Counted from the first letter of the stretch, positions 28,796 to 38,649 are shown. The stretch: DNA of 64,000 nt from Hydrogenophilales bacterium (GCA_016235775.1 JACRIU010000102.1:32721-96720), one strand, 5' to 3'. A program made the numbers and translations. The notes: generated by a model not told the origin, from the sequence alone.

Positions 28796-30730
28796 ATGAA
28801 AAAGGGATGGCCTGGCGCCATGGCGGCGCTCGGGCTGGCCGGCATTTCGTCATCCGCGCTCGGCGCGTCGGAGCAGGATTTTCTGGGCGAAGTGCCGATC
28901 GTGTTGTCGGTCTCGCGTTTGGCGCAGCCGGTGTCGGAGGCGCCGTCGGCCACGACGATTATCGATCGGGAAATGATTCGTGCCAGCGGTTTTCGCGAAT
29001 TGTCGGATGTGCTGCGCTTGGCGCCGGGATTTTACGTGGGCAACTACAACGGCACCGAGCCGGTGGTGAGCCATGGTTTGCCGAATCGTTATTTCGGCCG
29101 GATGCAAGTGTTGGTGGATGGCCGCTCGGTCTATACCCCCTTATTCGGACAAGTTCCCTGGACCAGCCTGCCGCTCGCGCTGGACGATATCGAGCGCATC
29201 GAGGTGGTGCGCGGTCCGAATGCCGCTTCTTTCGGGGCGAATTCTTTTCTCGGCGTGATCAATATCATCACCCGGCATGCGGCGGAGGACGCCGGCGCAT
29301 TGATCAGCCTGAGCAATGGCGGCAATGGCGTCGGCGACGTCACCGCGCGCCATGGGGGCAAGGCCGGGGCCTTTGATTATCGCCTCACCGCCGGCTTTCA
29401 TAATGATGGCGGCTTCGCCAACCGGCCCGACGACAAACGTATCTCCACCTTGTCCGGACGCGCCGACCGGCGTTTGAATACCACGGATAGTTTGCAACTG
29501 CAGGGCGGCGTGACCTTGGGCGTGCAGTCACAAGGCTACGTGCCGAACCCCGTGGATACGCCGCGCGACCAGAATGTGTCGAATTACTTCATGCAATTGC
29601 GCTGGCAGCGCGTGTCGGCGCCCGACGATGAAATGTCGTTGCAGCTCTATCACACCGCCGTCAGCACGCGGGAAACGACGGTTACGGATCCCTTTACCTC
29701 AAGCGGGCTCAACGTCCTGACGACGAATATCGTCCACCACACCCGCGCGGAGCGTTGGGATGTGGAAGCCCAGCGAATCCAGTCGATCGCCAAAAATCTG
29801 CGCGTGGTATGGGGCGGCAGCGCGCGCCTCGACCAGATTTATTCTCCGCTCTATCTCGGCTCGGATAAAACCGAACGCTCGCGCCTGTTGCGCGGCTTCG
29901 GCAATGTGGAATGGCATGCGACGCCGGATCTGGTTTTGAATGCCGGCGCGATGTGGGAGCACAACTCGATTACCGGCAGCGATATTTCGCCGCGCGTCGC
30001 GCTGAACTATCACCTCACGCGCCGGCAGACGCTGCGCCTGGGCTATTCCCAGGCGTTGCGCACGCCGACCATGCTGGAAGAGCGGGGTAATTACAACTTG
30101 ACATTGCCGGTGCAGGGACTCGGCTTGGTGACCATTCCGGAATACCACACTACTGGCGGCTTGGCGCCGGAACGGATCGCCAGCCGGGAGCTGGCCTATC
30201 TATTCGAAGCGCCGGAATACCGGCTTGCTTTCGATGTGCGCGCCTATCATGACAGCCTGGATGACTTGATCGACACGACGAAGTTACAAGCCACGTTTAA
30301 TAACTATTATGTTTTCAGCAATAAATATCAGGCAACGCTGAGGGGGATTGAAACCCAGGCCCGCTGGCGCGGTGAAGCCACGCGCGTCTGGTTCTCGCAT
30401 GCCTACTCGCATATCCAAACGGATAATGCCGGGTTGCGCCAATCCACGCCGCATCACATGTACAGCATGCTGGCGTCCCAGGATATGCCGTGGGACGTAC
30501 AGGTCAGCGCGGGTTATTACCGCGTGACCGCCATGGAGCCGCTCGGCGACGGCACGCCGCTGAAGCCCTACCAGCGCTACGATTTCCGCCTCGCCAAAAG
30601 CTTCAAGCTCGCGGGGCAGCCGGCGGAACTGTCCTTGATCATCCAGAACGCGTTTAAACCCTATTCCGATTTCCGCCGCGAAAATCAGTTCGATACCCGG
30701 AGCTGGGTCACCTTCCGCTTGGGGCAATAA
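28796..30730 (+). CDS. TonB-dependent receptor
   Basis: Plug motifs LVDGRS and IERIEVVRGP..GVINIITR; beta-barrel C-terminus; RBS AGGAGG before ATG 28796. Confidence 0.9.
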   Translation: MKKGWPGAMAALGLAGISSSALGASEQDFLGEVPIVLSVSRLAQPVSEAPSATTIIDREMIRASGFRELSDVLRLAPGFYVGNYNGTEPVVSHGLPNRYFGRMQVLVDGRSVYTPLFGQVPWTSLPLALDDIERIEVVRGPNAASFGANSFLGVINIITRHAAEDAGALISLSNGGNGVGDVTARHGGKAGAFDYRLTAGFHNDGGFANRPDDKRISTLSGRADRRLNTTDSLQLQGGVTLGVQSQGYVPNPVDTPRDQNVSNYFMQLRWQRVSAPDDEMSLQLYHTAVSTRETTVTDPFTSSGLNVLTTNIVHHTRAERWDVEAQRIQSIAKNLRVVWGGSARLDQIYSPLYLGSDKTERSRLLRGFGNVEWHATPDLVLNAGAMWEHNSITGSDISPRVALNYHLTRRQTLRLGYSQALRTPTMLEERGNYNLTLPVQGLGLVTIPEYHTTGGLAPERIASRELAYLFEAPEYRLAFDVRAYHDSLDDLIDTTKLQATFNNYYVFSNKYQATLRGIETQARWRGEATRVWFSHAYSHIQTDNAGLRQSTPHHMYSMLASQDMPWDVQVSAGYYRVTAMEPLGDGTPLKPYQRYDFRLAKSFKLAGQPAELSLIIQNAFKPYSDFRRENQFDTRSWVTFRLGQ

Positions 30731-30733
30731 TCC

Positions 30734-31696
30734 ATGCTATTTGGTATGTTTCCCAGGTTTCGATGTTGTCTCATCAGGCTGAGTTTTGCCTTGGGCATGA
30801 TGCTCGCAGCCAATGCGATGGCGGCTTCGGTCGTCATCGTGCTGAGCGAGGACAGCGCCCCGTATCAAGAGGTCACGGAACGGATTCGCGCCGGGTTCGC
30901 CGGCCTGGGGAATGAGGCGCCAGTCCTGCGCGTGCTTCAGGCGCAGTCGCTGCAAGCGGGAGATGGCGCGTTCACCGCCGCCGATCTGGTGGTGCCGGTC
31001 GGCGTGCGCGCCGTCGAGACCGTCGCCAAGCTCAAGCTCCATGCACCGGTCTTCAGCGTGTTGGCGCCGAAATCCGCAGTCGATCAAATCGCCAAGGAGC
31101 ATCCGGCGCTCGATACGCGCACCTTCTCCGCGCTTTATCTGGATCAGCCGGCGGTGCGGCGCATGGCGCTGATCCGGCAGGCGCTGCCGGGGCGCAAGCG
31201 CGTGGGGGTGCTGCTCGGGCCGGAGTCGTCCGACGCCTTGCGCGCCCTGCAAGCGGCGGCGCGCGAACAGGGCTTGTCGCTGGAAATAGAGCGAGTCGCC
31301 AGCGCGGAAGAGTTGCTGCCTGCCTTGAAGCGCGTGCTGGCCGAGAGCGATACGCTCCTGGTGCTGCCCGATGCGCAGATCGTCAATAAAAACACCGCGC
31401 AGAGCATCTTGCTCACCAGCTATCGCGCGCAAGATCCCGTGGTGGCGTATTCCAAATCCTATGTCAGCGCGGGCGCGCTGGCGGCCGTGTATTCCACCCC
31501 GGCGCAGATCGGGCAGCAAGCGGCGGAACTGCTGGCGCGCATGGTTCAAGCCAAGCCACTGGCGCTGCCGCCCCCGCAGTATCCCAAATATTTTTCAGTC
31601 AGCATCAACTATCAGGTAGCACGCTCGCTCGGTCTGGCAATCGAGGACGAAGCGGTGTTATTGCAGCGAATCAAAGCAGGAACGGAGCGCGATTAA
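30734..31696 (+). CDS. Periplasmic ABC-type substrate-binding-like protein
   Basis: Signal peptide; RVGVLLG, GALAAVY, SINYQVARSLGL motifs. Confidence 0.8.
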   Translation: MLFGMFPRFRCCLIRLSFALGMMLAANAMAASVVIVLSEDSAPYQEVTERIRAGFAGLGNEAPVLRVLQAQSLQAGDGAFTAADLVVPVGVRAVETVAKLKLHAPVFSVLAPKSAVDQIAKEHPALDTRTFSALYLDQPAVRRMALIRQALPGRKRVGVLLGPESSDALRALQAAAREQGLSLEIERVASAEELLPALKRVLAESDTLLVLPDAQIVNKNTAQSILLTSYRAQDPVVAYSKSYVSAGALAAVYSTPAQIGQQAAELLARMVQAKPLALPPPQYPKYFSVSINYQVARSLGLAIEDEAVLLQRIKAGTERD

Positions 31697-31697
31697 C

Positions 31698-33806
31698 ATG
31701 AAAAACTGGGGCATTAAAGGCAAAGTTTTATTTCTCGCGCTCGCACCGGCGGCCTTGATCGCGGCGGTATTGGCGCTGCATTTCGTCAACAGCCGCATCG
31801 CCGATCTGGAGCAATCGCTGCGCGAGCGCGGCCTGGCGATCTCGCGCCAGCTCGCGCCGGCCAGCGAATACGGGGTGTTCGCCGGCAATCGCGACATCCT
31901 GCAACGCCTGACCGATGCGGCGCTGAAGGAGGCCGATATCAATTGGGTCGTGATCACCGATATCAATGGCGACATTTTGGCGACGAGCGGCAAACCCAGC
32001 CGCCTGCCGCATGTGGCCGACGCCCACGCCGGATTGGATTTTGCCGTGGCCGAAACCGGCTCCGCGCTGACCTTCAGCGCGCCGGTGCGATTGAGCCAGA
32101 TCGAACTGGACGATGTCGCCGGCAGCCTGCACGGCGCCATCGTCACGGCCAGCGAAGCGCCGCGCGTGCGCAGCGTCGGCCGCGTGTATGTGGAAATGAG
32201 CCGCGCCGGCACCGTGCGGCGCAAGAACGAGCTGATCCGCAATGGCTTGGTGATCATGCTGCTCGGTTTGGCGGGGAGCGGGCTATTCGCGTTCCGCATG
32301 AGCCGCGAGGTGACACGCCCGATACAGCGATTATGCCGCGCAGTGCGGCAGATCGGCGCCGGCAATCTCGATGTGCGCGTGGCGGAAGATTCGGCGGGCG
32401 AGTTGCAAGTGCTGGAAGAGGGCATCAACAACATGGCCACGACCCTGAAGATGTCGCGTGATAATTTGCAGGACAAAATCGCCGAGGCGACCACGCGACT
32501 GTCCTATCAAGCCGCGCATGACACACTGACCGGCTTGCCCAACCGGCGCGAATTCGAGCTGCGCGTGGAGCGCGCATTGACCGGCGCGCGCGAGCAGCAT
32601 CAGACGCACACGCTGTGCTATCTCGATCTGGATCAATTCAAAGTGGTGAACGACACCAGCGGCCATGTGGCGGGCGACGAGCTGCTGCGCCAGTTGGCGG
32701 TACTGCTGCAAGGCAAGCTGCGCGACCGCGATACGCTGGCGCGCCTGGGCGGCGATGAGTTCGGTGTGCTGCTGGAAAATTGCAACCTGGAGCAGGCGCA
32801 ACCTATCGCCGAAGTGCTGCGGCAAATGGTGAAAGAGTTTCGCTTTGTGTGGCACGACAAGCCATTCATGATCGGCGTCAGTATCGGGCTGGTGGCGATT
32901 ACCGGCGAGAGCGAGAGTTTATCGGCGCTGTTCAGCTCCGCCGACGCCGCCTGCTACGCCGCTAAAGATCGCGGTCGCAACCGCGTGCATGTGTATGAGG
33001 AAGAAGATATCGAGCTGGTGCGCCGGCGCGGCGAGATGCAGTGGGTGGGCCGCATTACCCGCGCCATGGAGGAAAACCGGCTGCGCCTGTTTGTGCAGCC
33101 GATCGTGCCCTTATTCCCCAGCCCGGATGCGGATGTGCACTATGAAATGCTGCTGCGCATGCTCGACGATGATGGCCATATGATCTTGCCGATGGCCTTC
33201 ATCCCCGCCGCCGAACGCTACAACCTCATGACCTCGATCGACCGTTGGGTGATCAGCGCCGCGTTTTCCACGTTCCACCAGTTGTTTCCCGTTGTGACGG
33301 GCGGCGGTAAATCAATTTGCACCGTGAATTTGTCCGGCCACACGCTGTGCGACGAGCATTTTCTCGATTTCGTCGAGCGCCAGTTCAGCATCAACCATGT
33401 GCCGTATGAATCGATTTGCTTCGAGATCACCGAAACGGCGGCCATCACCAACCTGACCGAGGCGATCGAATTCATTCGCGTGTTGAAAGCGAAAGGCTGC
33501 AAATTCTCGCTCGACGACTTCGGCAGCGGCCTGTCGTCTTTCACCTATTTGAAAAACCTGCCGGTGGATTTCCTCAAAATCGACGGCGCCTTCGTCAAGG
33601 ACATGGAAACCGATCCCATGGACCGCGCCATGGTCGAATCCATCAACCACCTCGGCCATGTGATGGGCCTGAAAACCATCGCCGAATTCGTCGAATCGGA
33701 ACAGATCATGGAGCACCTCAAAGCCATCCAGGTCGATTATGTGCAGGGCGATTGGATCAAAGCGCCGCAGCCGCTCTCCAGCTTGCTGGCGGGTAAATTG
33801 CCTTAA
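31698..33806 (+). CDS. Membrane sensor HAMP-GGDEF-EAL c-di-GMP enzyme
   Basis: Two TM helices, HAMP, LGGDEF, EMLLR, DDFGSGLSS, KIDG, IAEFVE, QG. Confidence 0.93.
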   Translation: MKNWGIKGKVLFLALAPAALIAAVLALHFVNSRIADLEQSLRERGLAISRQLAPASEYGVFAGNRDILQRLTDAALKEADINWVVITDINGDILATSGKPSRLPHVADAHAGLDFAVAETGSALTFSAPVRLSQIELDDVAGSLHGAIVTASEAPRVRSVGRVYVEMSRAGTVRRKNELIRNGLVIMLLGLAGSGLFAFRMSREVTRPIQRLCRAVRQIGAGNLDVRVAEDSAGELQVLEEGINNMATTLKMSRDNLQDKIAEATTRLSYQAAHDTLTGLPNRREFELRVERALTGAREQHQTHTLCYLDLDQFKVVNDTSGHVAGDELLRQLAVLLQGKLRDRDTLARLGGDEFGVLLENCNLEQAQPIAEVLRQMVKEFRFVWHDKPFMIGVSIGLVAITGESESLSALFSSADAACYAAKDRGRNRVHVYEEEDIELVRRRGEMQWVGRITRAMEENRLRLFVQPIVPLFPSPDADVHYEMLLRMLDDDGHMILPMAFIPAAERYNLMTSIDRWVISAAFSTFHQLFPVVTGGGKSICTVNLSGHTLCDEHFLDFVERQFSINHVPYESICFEITETAAITNLTEAIEFIRVLKAKGCKFSLDDFGSGLSSFTYLKNLPVDFLKIDGAFVKDMETDPMDRAMVESINHLGHVMGLKTIAEFVESEQIMEHLKAIQVDYVQGDWIKAPQPLSSLLAGKLP

Positions 33807-33811
33807 GCGGC

Positions 33812-34252
33812 TCAATGCGCCGCCCCCCTTGACTGAGCAACCAGCGCAATCATTTTCATCTCCCCGGGCAATTGTTCGCGCATCTTCTCAAAGCCGGGAT
33901 GCTCGAACAGCCTGCCGCATTCCACCACCAACTGCGTTTTGAGCCACATGCCGCTGAGCACCGCTGTCTTGCGCAGCAAATGCGCCGAGCGCAGTTGCAA
34001 CGCCAACTCGCGCGTGGTGGCCGCCTCGCAAAAGTCATATTCGCCCAAGCCCGGCAGGTGCTTGAAAGCCACGTTTAAATAACCTTGCGCGCGCGGCAGC
34101 CAGGAAGCGAGCGCGCTGGCCCGATGCCGCTGTGCATGATCGGCAATACGCAAAAAAGCGGCCAGCGCATCGTAAAAATCCCACTCCCAGGCGTATATCT
34201 TAAGCGGCTGCATGAGGTGGCAGCGGTTGGTCAACATGGGCATGGCGATCAT
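33812..34252 (-). CDS. Hypothetical protein (146 aa)
   Basis: ATG overlaps the stop of the upstream small gene (TGATG); no recognisable domain. Confidence 0.5.
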   Translation of the reverse strand: MIAMPMLTNRCHLMQPLKIYAWEWDFYDALAAFLRIADHAQRHRASALASWLPRAQGYLNVAFKHLPGLGEYDFCEAATTRELALQLRSAHLLRKTAVLSGMWLKTQLVVECGRLFEHPGFEKMREQLPGEMKMIALVAQSRGAAH

Positions 34253-34521
34253 CAGTGCAAAGCGCCATGATTGATATCGCGCCGAACCCGGCGTTCCACC
34301 GTAATGACCTCGCCCTCGCGATCCACCAGCGCATATAAAGTGCGGCTGGGCGCGCCGCTGCGCGAGGGGCAGGGCGGCGTGTTCTCTAAATAGATCAGCC
34401 GAGCGCCATCGCATTTGCGCTCGACCCGCCCATGGGCGAGCAGATAGCGCAGCGTGGCGAGTGAAATCCCGCGCTGCTTCATGCGGGCCATAGCGTGGGT
34501 GCTGATTTTTCCGAGTTTCAT
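34252..34521 (-). CDS. Small DUF4258-like protein (possible RelE/BrnT-fold toxin)
   Basis: STHAMARMKQRGIS...GEVITV pattern; RBS AGGAGG upstream. Confidence 0.7.
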   Translation of the reverse strand: MKLGKISTHAMARMKQRGISLATLRYLLAHGRVERKCDGARLIYLENTPPCPSRSGAPSRTLYALVDREGEVITVERRVRRDINHGALH

Positions 34522-34562
34522 GGGGTGCCTCCTGGTTAGTGTTTGGCCAGGATACGGGGGGT

Positions 34563-34585
34563 ACTAGCTCATGACGTGAGCCAGT
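34563..34585. promoter_or_regulatory. Palindromic operator, probable WYL regulator binding site
   Basis: ACTAGCTCA-N5-TGAGCCAGT between divergent -10-like hexamers (TATCCT minus strand 34549-34554; TATGAT plus strand 34589-34594). Confidence 0.7.
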
Positions 34586-34602
34586 GTTTATGATAGATTT
34601 CA

Positions 34603-34651
34603 CTCTCCCCCTACCCCTCTCCCACTTGTGGGAGAGGGGTAGGGAAAAGGG
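34603..34651. repeat. CCCTCTCCC-hairpin repeat (orphan)
   Basis: CTCTCCCCCTACCCCTCTCCCACTTGTGGGAGAGGGGTAGGGAAAAGGG. Confidence 0.85.
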
Positions 34652-34667
34652 AAAAAAGGAGAACCCT

Positions 34668-35645
34668 CTGGACCGCACCGAACGCTTCTACAAAATCGAC
34701 CAGCTCATATCTGAGCGCAAGGTAGTCAATTTCGATACCCTGCGCGAGTCGCTGGAAGTTTCTCCGGCCACGCTCAAGCGTGACATTCAGTACCTGCGCG
34801 ACCGGCACAATGCGCCCATCATTTGGGACCGCAAGGCGGGCGGCTATCGCTATGAAAGAGACAGCGCGCCTGCTGGCAGCCAATTTGAGCTGCCCGGTCT
34901 GTGGTTCAACGCTTCCGAGATTCACGCGCTGCTCACCATGCAGCACCTGCTGGCCACGCTCGATCAAAGCGGCTTGCTCGGCCCGCACATCCAGCCCTTG
35001 ATGGCGCGGCTCAATGGCCTGCTCGGCAGCGCCGACAATACCGGGGAAGAAATCCGCAAGCGCGTGCGCATCATCGGCGCGGGCGCGCGCCGCATGCAAC
35101 TGCAGCATTTTGAAAAAGTCGGCTCGGCTCTGCTGCAACGCAAGCGGCTCCTCATCACCTATCGCGCGCGCGGCAAAAACGAAATTACCGAGCGCGAAGT
35201 CTCGCCGCAGCGACTGGTGCACTACCGAGAAAACTGGTACCTCGATGCCTGGTGCCACCTGCGGCGCGAGCTCCGCAGCTTCGCCGTCGATTCCATCATC
35301 AAAGCCGATCTGCTGGAAACCCTCGCTAAAGCCGTCTCCGAGAAAACCCTCGACGCAGTGCTCGGCGCCGGATATGGCATCTTTTCCGGCAAAAAAGTGC
35401 GATGGGCCAAACTCAAATTCAGCGCCGAGCGGGCGCGCTGGGTGGCGCAGGAACAATGGCACCCCAAGCAAAAAACCAAATTCGAGCCTGACGGCAGCTA
35501 TCTCCTGGCGATACCGTATTCAGACGATCGAGAGTTGGTGATGGATATCCTGCGCCATGGGCCGGAAGTAGAAGTGCTCGCCCCGCAAAAACTGCGTGAG
35601 CGCATCAGCGAATTGGTGGGACAAATGCAGCAGCGCTATCGTTAA
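34668..35645 (+). CDS. HTH-WYL-WCX transcriptional regulator (YafY/PafBC-like), probable CTG start
   Basis: N-terminal HTH (LEVSPATLKRDIQYLR), REVSPQRLVHYRENWYLDAWC..RSFAVD; RBS AGGAGA just before CTG-GAC-CGC-ACC-GAA. Confidence 0.92.
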   Translation: MDRTERFYKIDQLISERKVVNFDTLRESLEVSPATLKRDIQYLRDRHNAPIIWDRKAGGYRYERDSAPAGSQFELPGLWFNASEIHALLTMQHLLATLDQSGLLGPHIQPLMARLNGLLGSADNTGEEIRKRVRIIGAGARRMQLQHFEKVGSALLQRKRLLITYRARGKNEITEREVSPQRLVHYRENWYLDAWCHLRRELRSFAVDSIIKADLLETLAKAVSEKTLDAVLGAGYGIFSGKKVRWAKLKFSAERARWVAQEQWHPKQKTKFEPDGSYLLAIPYSDDRELVMDILRHGPEVEVLAPQKLRERISELVGQMQQRYR

Positions 35646-35651
35646 GGCCGG

Positions 35652-35972
35652 CTACGCCTTTTCATCAATGCTGGGCGGGGGCGGGTCGTCCGGGCGGCGG
35701 CGCTCGTGGCGCCGGTCGCGGCCCAAGCGGGTATCGACCAACACATTTTGGGTGTATTGGCGGCGGTCCCGCTGACGGCGATCTTCGTTTTTGCGGGTAT
35801 CTTCGCCGGCTTGGCGTTGCGGTGGAGCAGGTGGACGTCGCGGACGTACGATCAGCGGGGGCTGAGAGCGTGGCCCCACCGGGCGCAACGGCCGAATACC
35901 CGCCGCCTCCTGTATTTCATACAGGTCTTCTGAAAAGCCAACAGCTGGTGGCGGATCGACTGGAAAGCGCAT
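35652..35972 (-). CDS. Hypothetical protein with DRR/RxxxR repeats
   Basis: EDRRQRDRRQ...DTRLGRDRRHERRR. Confidence 0.6.
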   Translation of the reverse strand: MRFPVDPPPAVGFSEDLYEIQEAAGIRPLRPVGPRSQPPLIVRPRRPPAPPQRQAGEDTRKNEDRRQRDRRQYTQNVLVDTRLGRDRRHERRRPDDPPPPSIDEKA

Positions 35973-36143
35973 TTTGTTCAGTGTTACCGTGTTTTAATCC
36001 CGTCCCCGGTGACGGGCATCTATTTCACCATAAGATAATTTGCGGCATAAACAACTAAAATATTAGTCCACCCAGCCGCTCCGCAGTTCCATTTAAAGTG
36101 CGGGGTCTAGCGGGCGAACCAGCAACCACCTAGAAAGCCAACC

Positions 36144-36959
36144 ATGGATGATCAACAGCGCAAAGCCCAACTCAAAAAAACCTTCGACACCGTGGCCGAA
36201 GGCTATGGCAGCGCGGGCATGGAATTTTTTCACCACGCCGCCGCGCACCTGCCCCGCATCTTCAAGCTGCAAGGCCACGAGCACCTGCTGGATGTCGCCG
36301 CCGGCACCGGCATCGCCGCCACCGCCATCGCGCCGCACCTGCCGTGCGGCAAAGTCACCGGCATCGACCTCTCCGAAGGCATGCTCGCGCAAGCGCGCGC
36401 CAGAGCCCAAAGCCAAGCACTCGACAACATCGAGCTGCATCCCATGGACATGCAAAACATCGGCTTTGACAATGCCCATTTCGACGCGGCTAATTGCTCG
36501 TTCGGCCTGTTCTTTTTGCCCGACATGCAAGGCCTGCTGCAACACATCGCGAGCAAGGTAAAAGCGGGCGGGCAAGTGGTCGCCTGCTCGTTTTACCAAG
36601 GAGCGTTCGAGCCCAACGTCGATCTTTTCCTCGATCGCATCCGGCGCTACGGCGTCGAGCCCCCCGCATTTACCTGGAAGAGCATCAGTACCGAAGAAAA
36701 ATTTCACGCTCTCTACACCAGCGCCGGCTTAAGCGATGTGCAAATGCACCGGCACGACATCGGCTACCCCCTCAACGATGCCGAAGCCTGGTGGCGCGTG
36801 ATCTGGTATGCCGGCTTTCGCGGCCTGGTCGCGCAACTGAGCGAAACCCAGCTCGCCCAGTTCAAACAGGAACACCTGGCCGAGATCGCCGCGCTGAAAA
36901 CCGCGCGCGGCATCCCGCTCAAGGTCACGGCCTTGTTTGCGAGCGGACGCGCAGCCTAA
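36144..36959 (+). CDS. Class I SAM-dependent methyltransferase (UbiE-like)
   Basis: LLDVAAGTG, GIDLSEGML. Confidence 0.9.
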   Translation: MDDQQRKAQLKKTFDTVAEGYGSAGMEFFHHAAAHLPRIFKLQGHEHLLDVAAGTGIAATAIAPHLPCGKVTGIDLSEGMLAQARARAQSQALDNIELHPMDMQNIGFDNAHFDAANCSFGLFFLPDMQGLLQHIASKVKAGGQVVACSFYQGAFEPNVDLFLDRIRRYGVEPPAFTWKSISTEEKFHALYTSAGLSDVQMHRHDIGYPLNDAEAWWRVIWYAGFRGLVAQLSETQLAQFKQEHLAEIAALKTARGIPLKVTALFASGRAA

Positions 36960-36964
36960 TATCC

Positions 36965-37606
36965 ATGGATACCTGGCTCAATATGCTCGCGCTGGTTGCG
37001 GCCTGGCTTTGCTACTTTGCCGTGCATTCGGTGCTGGCGTCGCTCCCGGTCAAGAGGCGGGTTGCCGCGCGGTGGCCCGGTTTCATGCCGGCTTATCGGC
37101 TAGTGTTTAATGCGTTGGCGCTTCTCCTGCTGCTGCCTATTTTCTGGATGATGGGCGCCAGCCCCCGGCCGCTTGTGTGGCAATGGCAAGGCATGGAAAA
37201 AGTCGCTGCAAACACGCTGAGTGTGCTGGCGCTGCTGGGATTTATCTGGTCGCTCCGGTATTACGATTTGCAGGAGTTCTTGGGCTTAAGGCAATGGCGC
37301 GGGCAGATCACGGCGCCGGAGGATCAGGAGCATCTGCAAATTTCACCTCTGCACCGGTTTGTGCGTCATCCCTGGTATTTTTTTGCGATGGTGCTGTTGT
37401 GGGCGCGCGATATGAATTTGGCGCAGTTTATTACGAGCGTGATGGCAAGTATTTATTTCACCGTGGGTGCGCGGCTGGAGGAACGCAAATTACTGGTCTA
37501 TTACGGTGAGCGCTATCGCAACTATATGCGGCGCGTGCCGGGGTTGTTTCCCCTGCCGTGGAAATTTATTAATGCGGCTGAAGCCAGAAGGATTTGTGGG
37601 GGGTGA
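36965..37606 (+). CDS. NnrU-like / isoprenylcysteine methyltransferase-family membrane protein
   Basis: HSVLAS, YRLVFN, FVRHPWY, LEERKL..YGERY; start ATG 36965. Confidence 0.82.
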   Translation: MDTWLNMLALVAAWLCYFAVHSVLASLPVKRRVAARWPGFMPAYRLVFNALALLLLLPIFWMMGASPRPLVWQWQGMEKVAANTLSVLALLGFIWSLRYYDLQEFLGLRQWRGQITAPEDQEHLQISPLHRFVRHPWYFFAMVLLWARDMNLAQFITSVMASIYFTVGARLEERKLLVYYGERYRNYMRRVPGLFPLPWKFINAAEARRICGG

Positions 37607-37721
37607 TGGGGGTGTGGGGTGGAGAAGGTCGCGCTGTGGATTTTGTTCGGCTGGGGTTGAGCTGGCGCTACGGCGATGAACTGCGCTGCTATGCTGAATT
37701 ATCCGGTTGGAGATACGAGCG

Positions 37722-38600
37722 ATGAACGATAGCCTGTCAGCAAACTTGCTCCGGCACGTGCAGATGCTTGCCGGGGAGATCGGCGAGCGGAATGTGTATC
37801 GTCCCGCCGCGCTCGATGCGGCCGCGCGCTATATCGAGGCCGAATTCGCCGGTATCGGCTACAGCGTCAAGCGCCAGACCTATGTCGCACAGGGCGTGGA
37901 AAGCGCCAACCTTGAGATTGTTTTGCCCGGGCAGCGCTGGCCGGATGAAAGCATTGTCGTGGGGGCGCATTACGACACGGTGGAGGGCAGCCCGGGGGCG
38001 GATGACAACGCGAGCGCGGTGGCCGCGCTGATCGAGATCGCGCGGCTGTTGCACGGCCATGCGCCTGGACGCACGCTCAAGCTGGTGGCTTTCGTGAATG
38101 AAGAGCCGCCGTTCTTTTTTTTCGGCGAGATGGGCAGCCGGGTGTATGCGCGTGCGGCGCGTAGCCGCCAGGAAAACATCCGGCTGATGATTTCGCTGGA
38201 GATGCTGGGTTACTACCGTGACGAAGCGGGCAGTCAAGCTTATCCGCCGCTGTTTCGGTATTTCCATCCTGACTGCGGTAATTTCATCGCCTTCGTATCC
38301 AACTTTCGCTCGCGGCGGGTGATGCGCCGGGCGGCGCGGGCGTTTCGTGATCATTCGGATTTTCCATTGGAAAGCACGGCGGCTTTCGGCTGGATTCCGG
38401 GCGTGGCGTGGAGCGACCATCTTTCCTTCTGGCGTGAAGGCTATCGCGCCTTCATGTGCACCGACACCGCGTTCTTCCGCAACCCGTACTACCACAGCGC
38501 GCAAGACACGCCGGAAAAGCTGGATTACCCGCGGCTGGCAGTGTTGACCGATGCCTTGGCCAAGATGTGCGGAACGCTCGCCGGCTGCGAGGATATCTAG
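37722..38600 (+). CDS. M28 family metallopeptidase
   Basis: GAHYD, GADDNAS, NEE, SLEMLG, SDH, YHSAQDT. Confidence 0.9.
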   Translation: MNDSLSANLLRHVQMLAGEIGERNVYRPAALDAAARYIEAEFAGIGYSVKRQTYVAQGVESANLEIVLPGQRWPDESIVVGAHYDTVEGSPGADDNASAVAALIEIARLLHGHAPGRTLKLVAFVNEEPPFFFFGEMGSRVYARAARSRQENIRLMISLEMLGYYRDEAGSQAYPPLFRYFHPDCGNFIAFVSNFRSRRVMRRAARAFRDHSDFPLESTAAFGWIPGVAWSDHLSFWREGYRAFMCTDTAFFRNPYYHSAQDTPEKLDYPRLAVLTDALAKMCGTLAGCEDI

Positions 38601-38649
38601 TGCAGGGTATATGTGAAATGGGTTCGTGCGGGCACGGCGCGCATGGCTA

